Notes: generated by a model not told the origin, from the sequence alone. A DNA stretch of 64,000 nucleotides from Bacteroidales bacterium (GCA_007134675.1 SLKJ01000012.1:6513-70512); one strand, 5' to 3'. Counted from the first letter of the stretch, positions 26,401 through 35,125 are shown. Program-made: numbers and translations.

Positions 26401-27403
26401 AGTGGTTATGGATGAGCCTGATCCCATAGAGATCTCTGCAACGGTAGTTCCTGCAAGCTGCAGCCGTTTCAGTCCGGATGGCGAAATTGAAATTGAGTCA
26501 ACAGGCGGTACCGGCAACCATTCATTTCTCTGGTCAGATGGCCAGGAGACTCCCGGTATTGAAGGTATTCTGCCGGGTGAGCATATCGTCCGGGTTACCG
26601 ATGAAAATGGCTGTACTGACTCTCTCTCGGTTAACGTTGAATACCTCAATCTTCTTGAAGTCTCGCTTCCTCAGCAATTGACCGTATGCGCAGGCGGGGA
26701 GGTGGAGCTTACCTCTACGCTGATGCAGAGCGGAACTTCGGCCAAATATTCATGGGTTGCATCTGAAGGGGCTGCTCCTGATACTGTTGCATCGCCATTA
26801 GTTGCGCCGCTGGTGCCGACATCCTATACTCTGACGGTGACCGATGAGAATGGTTGCTATGATGAGGCAGATGTCCTGGTCGATCACTATCCGCTTGAGG
26901 GCATCTTTATTGGCAATGATACGGTCATATTCCAGGGCACTTCCATTACACTCGAGGCCAAAGGCGGTGAATTTGTCAGCTATGAATGGACACCCTCAAC
27001 AGGTTTGAGTGAAGTGAGCGGACCTGTGACGACTGCCACGGTAATGAACCCCACAAGATATTTTGTTTATGCAGAGACTGCCAATGGCTGCAGTGAGTCG
27101 GCCGACATTTTCGTTGACATAATTCAACCGGTAAAACCGGTATCAGGATTCACTCCCAATGATGACGGGGTCAACGACTTTTTTGACATTATTAATGCAG
27201 AGGACTATCCGGATATTGAAGTTGAAGTATACAACCGCTCCGGGCAAAGGGTTTTCCATTCCAGGGGATACAGTGACGATAAGAGGTGGGACGGAACCTA
27301 CAACGGCAGGGAACTGCCGATGGGTACATATTATTATGTGATAAGGCTCAATGATATATTCGGTACAAAACCGTTAACCGGACCGGTAACAATAGTTAGA
27401 TAA
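23408..27403 (+). CDS. Giant SprB-repeat cell-surface protein with T9SS type-B (gliding-motility-associated) C-terminal domain
   Basis: ~1331 aa with a signal peptide. It has ~12 SprB-type repeats (C[YF]G..DG.I.V...GG..PY.YS). The C-terminus FTPNDDGVNDFFDIINAEDYPDIEVEVYNRSGQRVFHSRGYSDDKRWDGTYNGRELPMGTYYYVIRL ... GPVTIVR matches the type-B CTD consensus. Confidence 0.8.
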   Translation: MRKLYSLLILLIPLAILSGNAHAQDFQIVSVTSEPTTCYDNDEGSISIEVSGGSPDYSYMWVKISAPFGSGMVDSPLTEHTFTNLPRGSYIIYVNYAGSEEDALERVVSVGSPPQLFAGITPDPAETCVLTGISLNGNPSGGTGSYIHEWSGGGAMYLSSDATGNPVFESPVQGVFPLTYTVKDDNGCEATDMIDVVVYPELSASAAVTADVKCYGGNDGEITISSPMGGTGNFEYRISGSVWQTGTVFQGLPAGLYDVYMRDASVDLCVKTIGFGLEVTQPSKALEGAVTDIENVSCYMGDDGSVTVEGSGGTAPYSYSLDGGPATGSGVFGGLAAGDYVVRVIDDNDCTFDVPVTISQPSEALAGAVTDIENVSCYMGDDGSVTVEGSGGTAPYSYSLDGGPATGSGVFGGLAAGDYVVRIIDDNDCTFDVPVTVSQPSEALGGAVTDIENVSCYMGDDGSVTVEGSGGTAPYSYCLDGGPASGSGVFGGLAAGDYLVTVIDNNDCTFDVPVTVSQPGEFTITAEWTGITCYNAADGEIVVSAAGGTAPWEYSVFIDEEPVYQDSPVFSGLDQELYTVVARDANMCLSNQLVIEITEPDQVFVGFNAPAIETCFGDPGTITLTASGGTGNFEYSISTTQYVPADFQSLNIFDNLSGDVAYYAFVRDTETNCTVNVNAGNSITIDQPSEIVYSVTEVLDVTDCSFSTNGRIRISMPAGGSSPYRYLIDGVNNGSRTFSDLGVGEYLIEVEDNKGCRKPEIVTLSGPDPVVIDNYMLTNVTGCFGNTNGEISVQASGGAGDLEYSINGMDFFASGDFDNLTAGEHIVTVRDANSCEFNFPFTLEGPEELLFAFVDINNIVIGSGEESGSVLIGMSGGTEPYTYSIDDGSTWQDEAFFEELALGDYVILVSDANDCIADTSVTITEVLGIDASAEVQPPSCYGYEDGTIVITAEMGNEPFEYSIDDGQQFHSSGTFTGLPADTYRLQVRDAMNYIWEGTVVMDEPDPIEISATVVPASCSRFSPDGEIEIESTGGTGNHSFLWSDGQETPGIEGILPGEHIVRVTDENGCTDSLSVNVEYLNLLEVSLPQQLTVCAGGEVELTSTLMQSGTSAKYSWVASEGAAPDTVASPLVAPLVPTSYTLTVTDENGCYDEADVLVDHYPLEGIFIGNDTVIFQGTSITLEAKGGEFVSYEWTPSTGLSEVSGPVTTATVMNPTRYFVYAETANGCSESADIFVDIIQPVKPVSGFTPNDDGVNDFFDIINAEDYPDIEVEVYNRSGQRVFHSRGYSDDKRWDGTYNGRELPMGTYYYVIRLNDIFGTKPLTGPVTIVR
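24248..24958 (+). repeat. Three tandem, near-identical 237-bp (79-aa) SprB-repeat units inside the adhesin gene
   Basis: Read directly. Units start at 24248, 24485 and 24722, and the next unit starts at 24959. Translated units differ at 4/79 (unit 1 vs 2) and 7/79 (unit 2 vs 3) residues. Confidence 0.9.
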
Positions 27404-27404
27404 T

Positions 27405-28373
27405 ATGAAGATGAATATGAATAGTATTTTATTTAGGATGCAGAGATGCATCAGGTGGGCTGTTAAAGCTGACAGGTTGCTGCCTGCAGCAATTGTTCAG
27501 CTGATTCTGTTGCTTGCAACGGCAGGCGGGACAAAGGCACAACAACTGCCGGTGTATACACAGTTTATGTTTAACTCGTATGTATTCAATCCTGCTGTTG
27601 CCGGCACTGACGATTATTACCAGGTGAGGCTGAACAGCCGGTTCCAGTGGACCGGGATTGCGGATGCTCCGCAAACAAACAGCCTGAGTGTCTATGGTCC
27701 CCATGCAGAAAAGGACATGGGTTTCGGGGGCTATATCTTTAATGATGCTACCGGCCCTACAAGCCGTAACGGGCTTTATGGATCATATGCATATAACCTG
27801 CTGGTAAGCAATGATATAAGATTCTCGATGGGTTTGTCTGCAGGGATCCTGCAGAACCGGGTGGACGGTTCAAAAATAACACTGCTTGATCCTTCTGACC
27901 CGGCAATGCCCAATTCGGTTACCTCATCCTTTTCGCCCGATGCAACAGTGGCAATATACCTTTACTCGCCTACATTTCATGCCGGGTTTTCTGCACATCA
28001 GCTTTTTGGCAATACCCTGAACCTTTTTGAGGAGGGGACCGGCCTGAATAAGCTGAAAACCCACTTTTACCTCACCGGAGGATACAGGTACATGATCAGT
28101 CATGACTACCTGCTGGAACCATCTGTTATAATACGTGGTTCCATGCCAACACCACTGCAGGTGGATTTCAACCTCAAAGCATATTACCGTGAACTTTTAT
28201 GGCTCGGGGTATCTGTCCGCTCCCAGGATGCGGTATCTTTTTTGGTGGGTTATACACACGAAAACAGGTTTAATTTCGGTTATTCATATGACATGAGCTT
28301 TTCACCAATTCGTCATTTCAATTCAGGTTCACATGAAGTATTCATTGGTATGCGGTTTAACCCGGTCAAGTAA
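27405..28373 (+). CDS. PorP/SprF-family type IX secretion system membrane protein
   Basis: 322 aa. The start is 1 nt after the adhesin stop. The signal peptide ends ..KAQQ, followed by the hallmark LPVYTQFMFNSYVFNPAVAG. The rest is beta-strand-rich up to the C-terminus. Confidence 0.75.
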   Translation: MKMNMNSILFRMQRCIRWAVKADRLLPAAIVQLILLLATAGGTKAQQLPVYTQFMFNSYVFNPAVAGTDDYYQVRLNSRFQWTGIADAPQTNSLSVYGPHAEKDMGFGGYIFNDATGPTSRNGLYGSYAYNLLVSNDIRFSMGLSAGILQNRVDGSKITLLDPSDPAMPNSVTSSFSPDATVAIYLYSPTFHAGFSAHQLFGNTLNLFEEGTGLNKLKTHFYLTGGYRYMISHDYLLEPSVIIRGSMPTPLQVDFNLKAYYRELLWLGVSVRSQDAVSFLVGYTHENRFNFGYSYDMSFSPIRHFNSGSHEVFIGMRFNPVK

Positions 28374-29205
28374 CAGCAGGCCTGTTTTTCTGTTTCTCCT
28401 TTGCAACCTTTTTATATTGATATTACTAATTTCCGGCTGTTCTTCACATCCCAAGGGCCCTCCCTCCAGGGGTGTTATGGATCAGAACAGGTTTGTCGAT
28501 CTTCTTGTGGATATCCATTATTATGAAGGTATTTATTCCGCCACCCAAACTCCGGAGTCGTATCATCTCGATATTGAGCACGATACAGTGGATTATTATC
28601 AGGGTGTATTCGAAAAACACGGAGTTACCAGGGAGGAGTTTCAGAAATCTTTGATTTACTACTCTTACAATCCCAGTCAGTTTGAAAGATTATATAACCG
28701 GGTGATAGATGATCTTAATAAAAAGATTATAGAAGCGGATATAAAGGAACTTGAATTACAGGAGCAATCGTCAGCTGATCAGACCGTGGCAGTTGAGTCA
28801 GAGAATATTTGGAACACCAGTGAAAACTGGTTTTTTCCCGGCCCCGACACAAACAGGATGATAAGCTTTAAAATCCCGGCAAGAGGACCCGGAAAATATA
28901 CATTTACCGCTGATATTCAGCTGGACAGAAGGGACATCGCAGAGGATCCGAGGGTCAGTCTCTGGTTCTGGTACGATGACGGAACCGAACATGGCTACCG
29001 TGAAAATTTTACCCCGTTCAGCCTTAATAAGGATGGCAGGACCAGGAAGGTAACCGTTGCTGGGGTTCTGACCAACCCCGATGTTACTCATGTTAAGGGA
29101 CGTGTTCTGGATCTTTCGAACCCTGATGATACAGGGGACAGGCATGCGATAGTCAGCGATATACGCCTTCTTTTCAGTGAGGAGCCCGATCCGGAGCGCC
29201 TGTAA
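28333..29205 (+). CDS. Lipoprotein with DUF4296-like N-terminal domain and extra C-terminal domain
   Basis: 290 aa. The lipobox is LLISGCSS, and the segment MDQNRFVDLLVDIHYYEGIYS resembles the DUF4296 core. The ORF overlaps the PorP/SprF gene by 41 nt if the ATG at 28333 is used. Confidence 0.5.
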   Translation: MKYSLVCGLTRSSNSRPVFLFLLCNLFILILLISGCSSHPKGPPSRGVMDQNRFVDLLVDIHYYEGIYSATQTPESYHLDIEHDTVDYYQGVFEKHGVTREEFQKSLIYYSYNPSQFERLYNRVIDDLNKKIIEADIKELELQEQSSADQTVAVESENIWNTSENWFFPGPDTNRMISFKIPARGPGKYTFTADIQLDRRDIAEDPRVSLWFWYDDGTEHGYRENFTPFSLNKDGRTRKVTVAGVLTNPDVTHVKGRVLDLSNPDDTGDRHAIVSDIRLLFSEEPDPERL

Positions 29206-29223
29206 ATAATTAATTTCTTATTC

Positions 29224-30099
29224 ATGATGCGAAAGGTAGCTGCCAGTATTGTCTTTCCGGTATCCTCCCCTCCGCGCAAAAATGCTGTTGTTGAGATTGA
29301 CAGGTATGGTACGGTGGTTTCGGTTAGCTGCGGTGGCCTATCCTTCAAAGAAATTGCGGGTGTAGAATACTACAGTGGTTTTCTGGTACCGGGGCTGGCT
29401 GATGTTATGTGCAGCCCAAATGAGAGTGGCCACAGCCTTCTTGCAGGCGGGGTCAGAGTGGCAGGAAGGGTAGGATGGCCGGAGGATAGTGACGGAAGCT
29501 ATGGCCCGCCGAGGCAAATGGTGCCGGATACCACAGGTGTTACATGGCGAAACGGCTACGGAGGAGCAGTCGGCTATACCCTCTACAACAGCATGGATCA
29601 TTTCAGTCAATTTTTCAGCGAAAGTGAGATAAACGACATCCTTCTTTTCAGTGCCCCCGAAGGTGAACTGGAAGTGCTCGCCAGCCATTGGCGGACTGAT
29701 AAAGGGCGAACCGACCGGTCAGGTGCCGACCGGTCAGGTGCCGACCAGACAGGAGCCGACCGGGCACGAATCAGCCGGACACGAACCAGCCGGGCACAAA
29801 TCAGCCTGGCAGGAAACGACCGGTTAAGAACCAGCCGGGAATCGTCCGGCTTGATACAGGTTAACCCGGGACTTACCGGCTTGCTCGGGATTATGCTTAC
29901 GTTGCAGGACGCTCCCCCACATTACAGTTTCCCGAAACTTCTTACCATGGCTACGCTGAACGGAGTGCTGGCTTCCGGATACCGGGGAGAGGCAGGCTGC
30001 CTGTTACCTGGTATGCGTCCGGGACTGAATATCATTGAGGGCGTCGATATCGGAAAAATGCGGCTGCTGCCGGTAAGCCGTATCAGACAAATATGCTGA
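29224..30099 (+). CDS. Degenerate amidohydrolase-fold protein (dihydroorotase-like ends, metal site lost, repeat insertion)
   Basis: 291 aa. The N-terminus (AVVEIDRYGTVVSVS ... FLVPGLADVMCS) and C-terminus (MATLNGVLASGYRGEAGCLLPGMRPGLNIIEG) resemble amidohydrolase termini. However, the PGxxDxHxH metal motif reads PGLADVMCS, and the middle is replaced by 15-bp repeats. Confidence 0.35.
   Translation: MMRKVAASIVFPVSSPPRKNAVVEIDRYGTVVSVSCGGLSFKEIAGVEYYSGFLVPGLADVMCSPNESGHSLLAGGVRVAGRVGWPEDSDGSYGPPRQMVPDTTGVTWRNGYGGAVGYTLYNSMDHFSQFFSESEINDILLFSAPEGELEVLASHWRTDKGRTDRSGADRSGADQTGADRARISRTRTSRAQISLAGNDRLRTSRESSGLIQVNPGLTGLLGIMLTLQDAPPHYSFPKLLTMATLNGVLASGYRGEAGCLLPGMRPGLNIIEGVDIGKMRLLPVSRIRQIC
29711..29845 (+). 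repeat. 15-bp tandem repeat x9 (CCGACCGGTCAGGTG and decayed derivatives)
   Basis: Read directly. The first two units are identical and later units are progressively diverged. The array encodes DRSGA/DQTGA/DRARI/SRTRT.. pentapeptides. Confidence 0.85.
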
Positions 30100-30167
30100 A
30101 AGTACGTGAAAAGGGATCTTCGGGTTGGAAATATTTGAGGTAAAAAATATTAAAAGACTGATAGTTA

Positions 30168-30593
30168 CTATTTTACTCCCTGCTCCTTCAGCCATTCCAC
30201 TGCCTCAATGTCATAATGCAGTATATGGTTGATAAGCCAGTTTTCAAGGTAAAAATACATATCCTCACAAACCTCTTTTTTGCCGCTCTGGTAATCTTCC
30301 TTGAATTTTACTATTCTGTTGATGAAATTGTTATGGCTCTCCTGGTGTTTTGAAAAACCGGTGTAACCGGACTCCTTGAAGTATATCTCTTCATTTATCA
30401 GGTAGTGTTCGGCATAGTGAACAAGTGAAAAAAAGATGTCAGCAACTTTTATCTTGCAATCTTTTTCGGTGATTACTTTCTTAAGCTTGTTGATGATCTC
30501 AAAGAACTTTTCACGGTGTTCATCAATTGCTTTTACCCCAACTTTGTAGTCATCCTTCCATATAAATGGTTCGGGTGATATGGTTCCGGACAT
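30168..30593 (-). CDS. Hemerythrin-like metal-binding protein (bacteriohemerythrin)
   Basis: 141 aa from the ATG at 30593 (the ORF track extends to 30665). Motifs are FIWKDDYKVGVKAIDEHREKFFEI, HYAEHYLINEE, HQESHNNF and LENWLINHILHYD, which supply the His/Glu/Asp iron ligand pattern. Confidence 0.75.
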   Translation of the reverse strand: MSGTISPEPFIWKDDYKVGVKAIDEHREKFFEIINKLKKVITEKDCKIKVADIFFSLVHYAEHYLINEEIYFKESGYTGFSKHQESHNNFINRIVKFKEDYQSGKKEVCEDMYFYLENWLINHILHYDIEAVEWLKEQGVK

Positions 30594-30778
30594 CTTATTT
30601 TTTTTAGTTGTTTTTATAAATACAAAATTAGACCGAAATAGTCTACATACAATGACTATTGTCATACAGACTGCTTAACCTGGCAGGTATAGAGACAGGC
30701 AGACCAGCCTGAATATTTGGAACCGGGATACTGGTTTTTTATAAAAAAACATTAAGTTCGCTGGCAATTTGATTTCCG

Positions 30779-31558
30779 ATGGCTACATTTTTATTCGGTG
30801 AGATTGTCTTTGGCCCGGTAAAAAGCAGAAGACTGGGTGTTTCACTTGGCATAAATCTCCTGCCCGGCGACAGGAAATGGTGCAGCTTCAATTGTATCTA
30901 TTGTGAATGCGGATGGACCAGCCGGGAAAAATACAGTGCTGAGAAATTTCCGTCGCGTCATGTTGTCAGGGAAAAACTCAGGGAAAAGCTTCTCATGATG
31001 AGCGGGGAGGGTAAGAAACCCGACACGATAACCTTTGCCGGTAATGGTGAACCCACACTGCATCCTTCTTTTGCCGGAATAATTGCAGATACCGTCATTC
31101 TGCGTGACAGCCTTTCGCCGGATGCACGGGTGGCGGTGCTCTCAAACGCCACTACACTGGACAACCCTTCGGTTTTCAACGCCCTTAAGATGGCGGATCA
31201 GAGTATTCTGAAGATCGATTCAGCAAGGGAGGAGACTGTCAGGCTTCTCAACCAGCCGGGTGAGGATTTCAGCCAGGATCAGCTGGTGAAGAATATTATG
31301 AGATTGGATGGAATGTTTATATTGCAGACCCTGTTTGTGAGAGGTGTATACAATGGTGTTGAGGTGGACAATGCTTCTGAAGAGGAGTTGAAGGAGTGGT
31401 TACTGCTTGTGGAACGTCTCAGACCCCGGATGGTTATGGTCTACACTATTGCCAGGGATACTCCGGTCGGGGGCCTGAGGAAGGTGCCGCCCGATGAGCT
31501 GTATCGCATCGCAGAAAGGGTGGAATTGCTGGGTATTGAGGTGCAGGTATCAATATGA
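30779..31558 (+). CDS. Radical SAM protein
   Basis: 259 aa. It has GPVKSRRLGVSLGINL and then the CxxxCxxC cluster motif CSFNCIYCECG. The GNGEPTL glycine-rich SAM motif is also present. Confidence 0.8.
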   Translation: MATFLFGEIVFGPVKSRRLGVSLGINLLPGDRKWCSFNCIYCECGWTSREKYSAEKFPSRHVVREKLREKLLMMSGEGKKPDTITFAGNGEPTLHPSFAGIIADTVILRDSLSPDARVAVLSNATTLDNPSVFNALKMADQSILKIDSAREETVRLLNQPGEDFSQDQLVKNIMRLDGMFILQTLFVRGVYNGVEVDNASEEELKEWLLLVERLRPRMVMVYTIARDTPVGGLRKVPPDELYRIAERVELLGIEVQVSI

Positions 31559-32934
31559 CGATGAAAAAGCTGTGTGTACTGGTTTGCCCTGTGGATTGGG
31601 GACTGGGCCATGCGTCCCGGTGTGTACCGGTTATAAGGGCTTTCCTTGAGACCGGATGCCGTGTTGTTGTGGGTGTTTCAGGTCCCGGTGCTGAAATGAT
31701 AATCAGGGAATTCGGGATTTCCGATTCAATCGAAACAGCAGGAGAAAATGGTGTGGATGGCCAGCCGGACCCTGACAGTTTATCAGGCAGGCATGCAGAT
31801 AGCCGGCAGAGAGGTTGCGAAAGCTATGGCCGGCAAATACCCGGTAATGTCAGAACGGAGAAGAAGCACTGCAGCGACAGACTGGAAATAATTCCTTTCC
31901 CGGGTTTTTCTGTTACCAGTTACCGGAAGTTTTTTTTCCCTGGCATGCTGCTTCGTGTTCCTGCTTTTCTGAAAAATATCTCCAGGGAAAAGCGGGTTCT
32001 GAAGAGGCTGGTTGAAAGGTGCAGTCCGGATTTGATTGTGTCTGATAACCGATACGGTCTGGTGAACGAAAAGGTGACCTCTGTGATAATAACCCATCAG
32101 CTCAGACCGTCTATGCCTTTATTATTAAGGCCGCTGGAGGGGATGGTGTCGAGGGTGATCAGACGGTGGGCCGGGGCTTTTGATGAATGCTGGATTCCCG
32201 ATTGTGCTGATGATCCTGCTGCAGGAAAGCTGACTGCAGGCCATGAAAGCCTTTCTGGCGCATTTTTTACCGGATGGCTTAGCAGGTTTTCGCCGGGGTC
32301 AGATCGTTACAGCAATCAGGCGGTTAGTCCGGAACCTCCCGGTTCCGGAGGTTCTTCCGGAACGTTCCGATACAGATTCCTGTTTCTTCTTTCCGGTCCT
32401 GAGCCCCACCGCACCATGCTGGAGGATATTATTAAAACAGGGATTCGCGATTCATCTGAAAGGGCATTGCTGGTGAGGGGATTGCCGGGTAGTTTCCCCG
32501 AAAGGGAAATAGCAGGAAATCTGGAGATCCTCGCTTTTTTGGATTCTCCGCGGCTCCGGAAGGCGATAGAGGAGTCGGAGATTGTGGTTTGCCGTAGCGG
32601 ATACAGCTCTGTGATGGACCTGCTGGTGCTTGGAAGGACCGCCGTGCTTGTCCCCACCCCCGGTCAGACTGAGCAGGAGTACCTTGGCAAATGGCTCGCC
32701 TCAAAGGGATGGTTCAGGGTAGTCAGGCAAAGTGATTTTAACCTGCAGAAACTGATTGAACAGCAGAAGGGCGGGTTTACAGAAGGCTCAGAAAAGAAGC
32801 CGGACAGAGGGTCTGGCTACAGCATGGCTGAATGGCACAAAACGACGGCCATTGCACATAAGCTTCTGCTGGAGAAGAGGGTTAAGAATGTGTTGAGAAA
32901 AGCCTCTGACTCCCCGGACAGGTCTAAAAGCTGA
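31555..32934 (+). CDS. GT-B glycosyltransferase (MurG/GT28-like family) with internal low-complexity insertion
   Basis: 459 aa. The ATG overlaps the radical-SAM stop (ATGA at 31555-31558). The N-terminus is VCPVDWGLGHASRCVPVIRAF, and the C-terminus VVCRSGYSSVMDLLVLGRTAVLVPTPGQTEQEY is typical of this GT-B group. Confidence 0.6.
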   Translation: MTMKKLCVLVCPVDWGLGHASRCVPVIRAFLETGCRVVVGVSGPGAEMIIREFGISDSIETAGENGVDGQPDPDSLSGRHADSRQRGCESYGRQIPGNVRTEKKHCSDRLEIIPFPGFSVTSYRKFFFPGMLLRVPAFLKNISREKRVLKRLVERCSPDLIVSDNRYGLVNEKVTSVIITHQLRPSMPLLLRPLEGMVSRVIRRWAGAFDECWIPDCADDPAAGKLTAGHESLSGAFFTGWLSRFSPGSDRYSNQAVSPEPPGSGGSSGTFRYRFLFLLSGPEPHRTMLEDIIKTGIRDSSERALLVRGLPGSFPEREIAGNLEILAFLDSPRLRKAIEESEIVVCRSGYSSVMDLLVLGRTAVLVPTPGQTEQEYLGKWLASKGWFRVVRQSDFNLQKLIEQQKGGFTEGSEKKPDRGSGYSMAEWHKTTAIAHKLLLEKRVKNVLRKASDSPDRSKS

Positions 32935-33532
32935 ACATAAGAAAAAAAGCGATAGCCGTTCCACCCAGGTATCCAGCATATATCTGAGCGGGTGTATGTG
33001 CCTTCAGGGTAAGCCTAGCCCAGCCAGCGATACCTGCGATAAGGAAAAAAATTGCCAGATATATCTGGAGGTTGATTCCGAATCTGAAAGCAACGGCAAG
33101 CAGCATGCCTGTGAGTGCACCAAGGGCTGTCATATGCAGGCTTATCTTCCAGATGAGAGAGATCAGAGTACAGAAGAGGAGCGTCAGGCTTGCCGTTATG
33201 ACATAGATATTTATCAGTCCGGGCACATTAATCCGCGCCAGCATATACCAGGTGAAAATATAAAAAACAACCGCGATCAGCAGAGGCAGGATCCTTTCGC
33301 GGTGGTCATCCATCCCAATGTTTCTGATAGTTCTCTGATACAGCATGAAGGGGATCAGACTCATTGGCAGAATAGTTGTACCGGTAATAAAAATAAGAAA
33401 GATTGCCCTCTTATGTGAGTATGTGAGGAAATCAAGGTAAGTGCCGGAATTGAAAAGCAGGAGCATCCCCAGAGGAGGCATGATAAGGGGGTGGAAAACT
33501 ATTGTAGCTATTCTGGCGAGACTGTTTTGCAT
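32924..33532 (-). CDS. Integral membrane protein, PAP2-like (phosphatase superfamily, degenerate motifs)
   Basis: 202 aa with ~6 TM helices. It has a weak C2/C3-like pattern (KISLHMTALG ... LKAHTPAQIYAGYLGG). Confidence 0.4.
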   Translation of the reverse strand: MQNSLARIATIVFHPLIMPPLGMLLLFNSGTYLDFLTYSHKRAIFLIFITGTTILPMSLIPFMLYQRTIRNIGMDDHRERILPLLIAVVFYIFTWYMLARINVPGLINIYVITASLTLLFCTLISLIWKISLHMTALGALTGMLLAVAFRFGINLQIYLAIFFLIAGIAGWARLTLKAHTPAQIYAGYLGGTAIAFFLMFSF

Positions 33533-33554
33533 GTGAAGTTTTTTTTGGAAGGTG

Positions 33555-35018
33555 TCAGAGTTCCTTTCTAAGCCGGGCTACCGGTATGTTGAGCTGTTCC
33601 CTGTATTTTGCAACAGTGCGGCGAGCAATGTTATAACCTTTTCCCCTGAGTATTTCAACAAGCTTCTCGTCTGTGAGTGGAGTGCGCTTAACTTCATTTT
33701 TTATGCATTCAGCCATTATATTTTTTATTTCCCGGGTTGATACCTCCTCACCCGATTCACTTTGCAGTCCCTCTGAAAAGAATGACTTGAGAGGAAATAT
33801 GCCGAAATGGGTCTGGATGTATTTACTGTTTGCTACACGGCTTATGGTGGAGATGTCAAGTCCTGTTTTTTCTGCAATGTTCTTCAGGATCATCGGTTTC
33901 AGCTTAGTTTCATCCCCCTCGGCAAAGTACTCCTTCTGATAATCAATAATGGCTTTCATGGTAAGCATAAGGGTATTCTGCCTTTGTATAATGGCATCTA
34001 TGAACCATCTTGCAGAGTCAAGTTTTTGTTTTACGAAATTTATGGTATCCTTATCCTCCCTGCTGTGCTTGTTTTTATTTTGAGAATATGTTTCTATCAT
34101 CTGGCTGTAGGTCCGGTTTATGCGCAGCTCCGGGACATTATGGGAATTGAGGCTCAGCATAAGCTCACCGTCTTTCATGTCGAGGATGAAATCGGGAATT
34201 ATGTGCTGTGAGGACTGTTGCATAGGGTCGCTGTATGAACTCCCTGGTTTGGGGTTTAACTTCAGTATCTCCTCAACGGATCTCTTAAGCTGGTCTTCGG
34301 AGATATTCATGCGCCTCTGGATCTTGTCGTAATGTTTACGGGTAAATTCCTGGAAATGCGATTTTATTATCCTGCGGGCCAGTTCAACCGGGGGATCGGA
34401 CTGGTCTTTGCGACTTATTTGTAAAAGAAGGCATTCCTGCAGGTCGCGGGCACCGACACCCGCCGGATCAAAATCCTGTATTATCTGCAGTATTTCGAAC
34501 AGCTCCTCTTCAGTGGCGCTTATATTCTGGGTAAATGCCAGATCATCAACTATGGCTTCAAGCTTTCGTCTCAGATATCCGTCGTCATCAATATTGCCAA
34601 GTAGATACCTGGCAAGTGTCTCCTGCTTCTCAGTAAGGGAACGCAATCCAAGCTGGCTCTCAAGGTGTGCCTGGAAATTGGGTGATGAGCTCAGGGGCAC
34701 ATCCGGCCTTTTGTCGTCGTCAGAATAGTTGTTGGTGCTCAGTTTATAGTTGGGAATGTCATCATCTTCCAGGTAATCTTCGAGCGAGAATTCCTCATCG
34801 TCATTGTCTGAGTTATTTTCGTTCTCTTCATCATTCTGGTCGTTTGCATCTAAATCCTCAACCTCAGCTTCACCCTCTTCCAGTATGGGATTCTCCTCCA
34901 GCTCCTTCTTGATCCTCTGCTCAAGCTGCATGGCAGGGATCTCCAGCAGTTTTATCATCTGTATCTGCTGCGGAGAAAGCTTCTGAAGCAGCTTCTGTTG
35001 TAATCTCTGTTTTAACAT
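33555..35018 (-). CDS. rpoN: RNA polymerase sigma-54 factor
   Basis: 487 aa from the ATG at 35018 (the ORF track extends to a TTG at 35069). The N-terminus is MLKQRLQQKLLQKLSPQQIQMIKLLE, followed by an acidic region and the C-terminal RpoN box IARRTVAKYREQLNIP. Confidence 0.9.
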   Translation of the reverse strand: MLKQRLQQKLLQKLSPQQIQMIKLLEIPAMQLEQRIKKELEENPILEEGEAEVEDLDANDQNDEENENNSDNDDEEFSLEDYLEDDDIPNYKLSTNNYSDDDKRPDVPLSSSPNFQAHLESQLGLRSLTEKQETLARYLLGNIDDDGYLRRKLEAIVDDLAFTQNISATEEELFEILQIIQDFDPAGVGARDLQECLLLQISRKDQSDPPVELARRIIKSHFQEFTRKHYDKIQRRMNISEDQLKRSVEEILKLNPKPGSSYSDPMQQSSQHIIPDFILDMKDGELMLSLNSHNVPELRINRTYSQMIETYSQNKNKHSREDKDTINFVKQKLDSARWFIDAIIQRQNTLMLTMKAIIDYQKEYFAEGDETKLKPMILKNIAEKTGLDISTISRVANSKYIQTHFGIFPLKSFFSEGLQSESGEEVSTREIKNIMAECIKNEVKRTPLTDEKLVEILRGKGYNIARRTVAKYREQLNIPVARLRKEL

Positions 35019-35125
35019 AACTTTATGCCTGTTCCTACCCTGGCAATTTACAAAAATTTTATTTAACAATCGGCAGTTGTGTCATGCCAATCTTATTAGT
35101 ACTTTATACAGGGAAAAAATAACTT

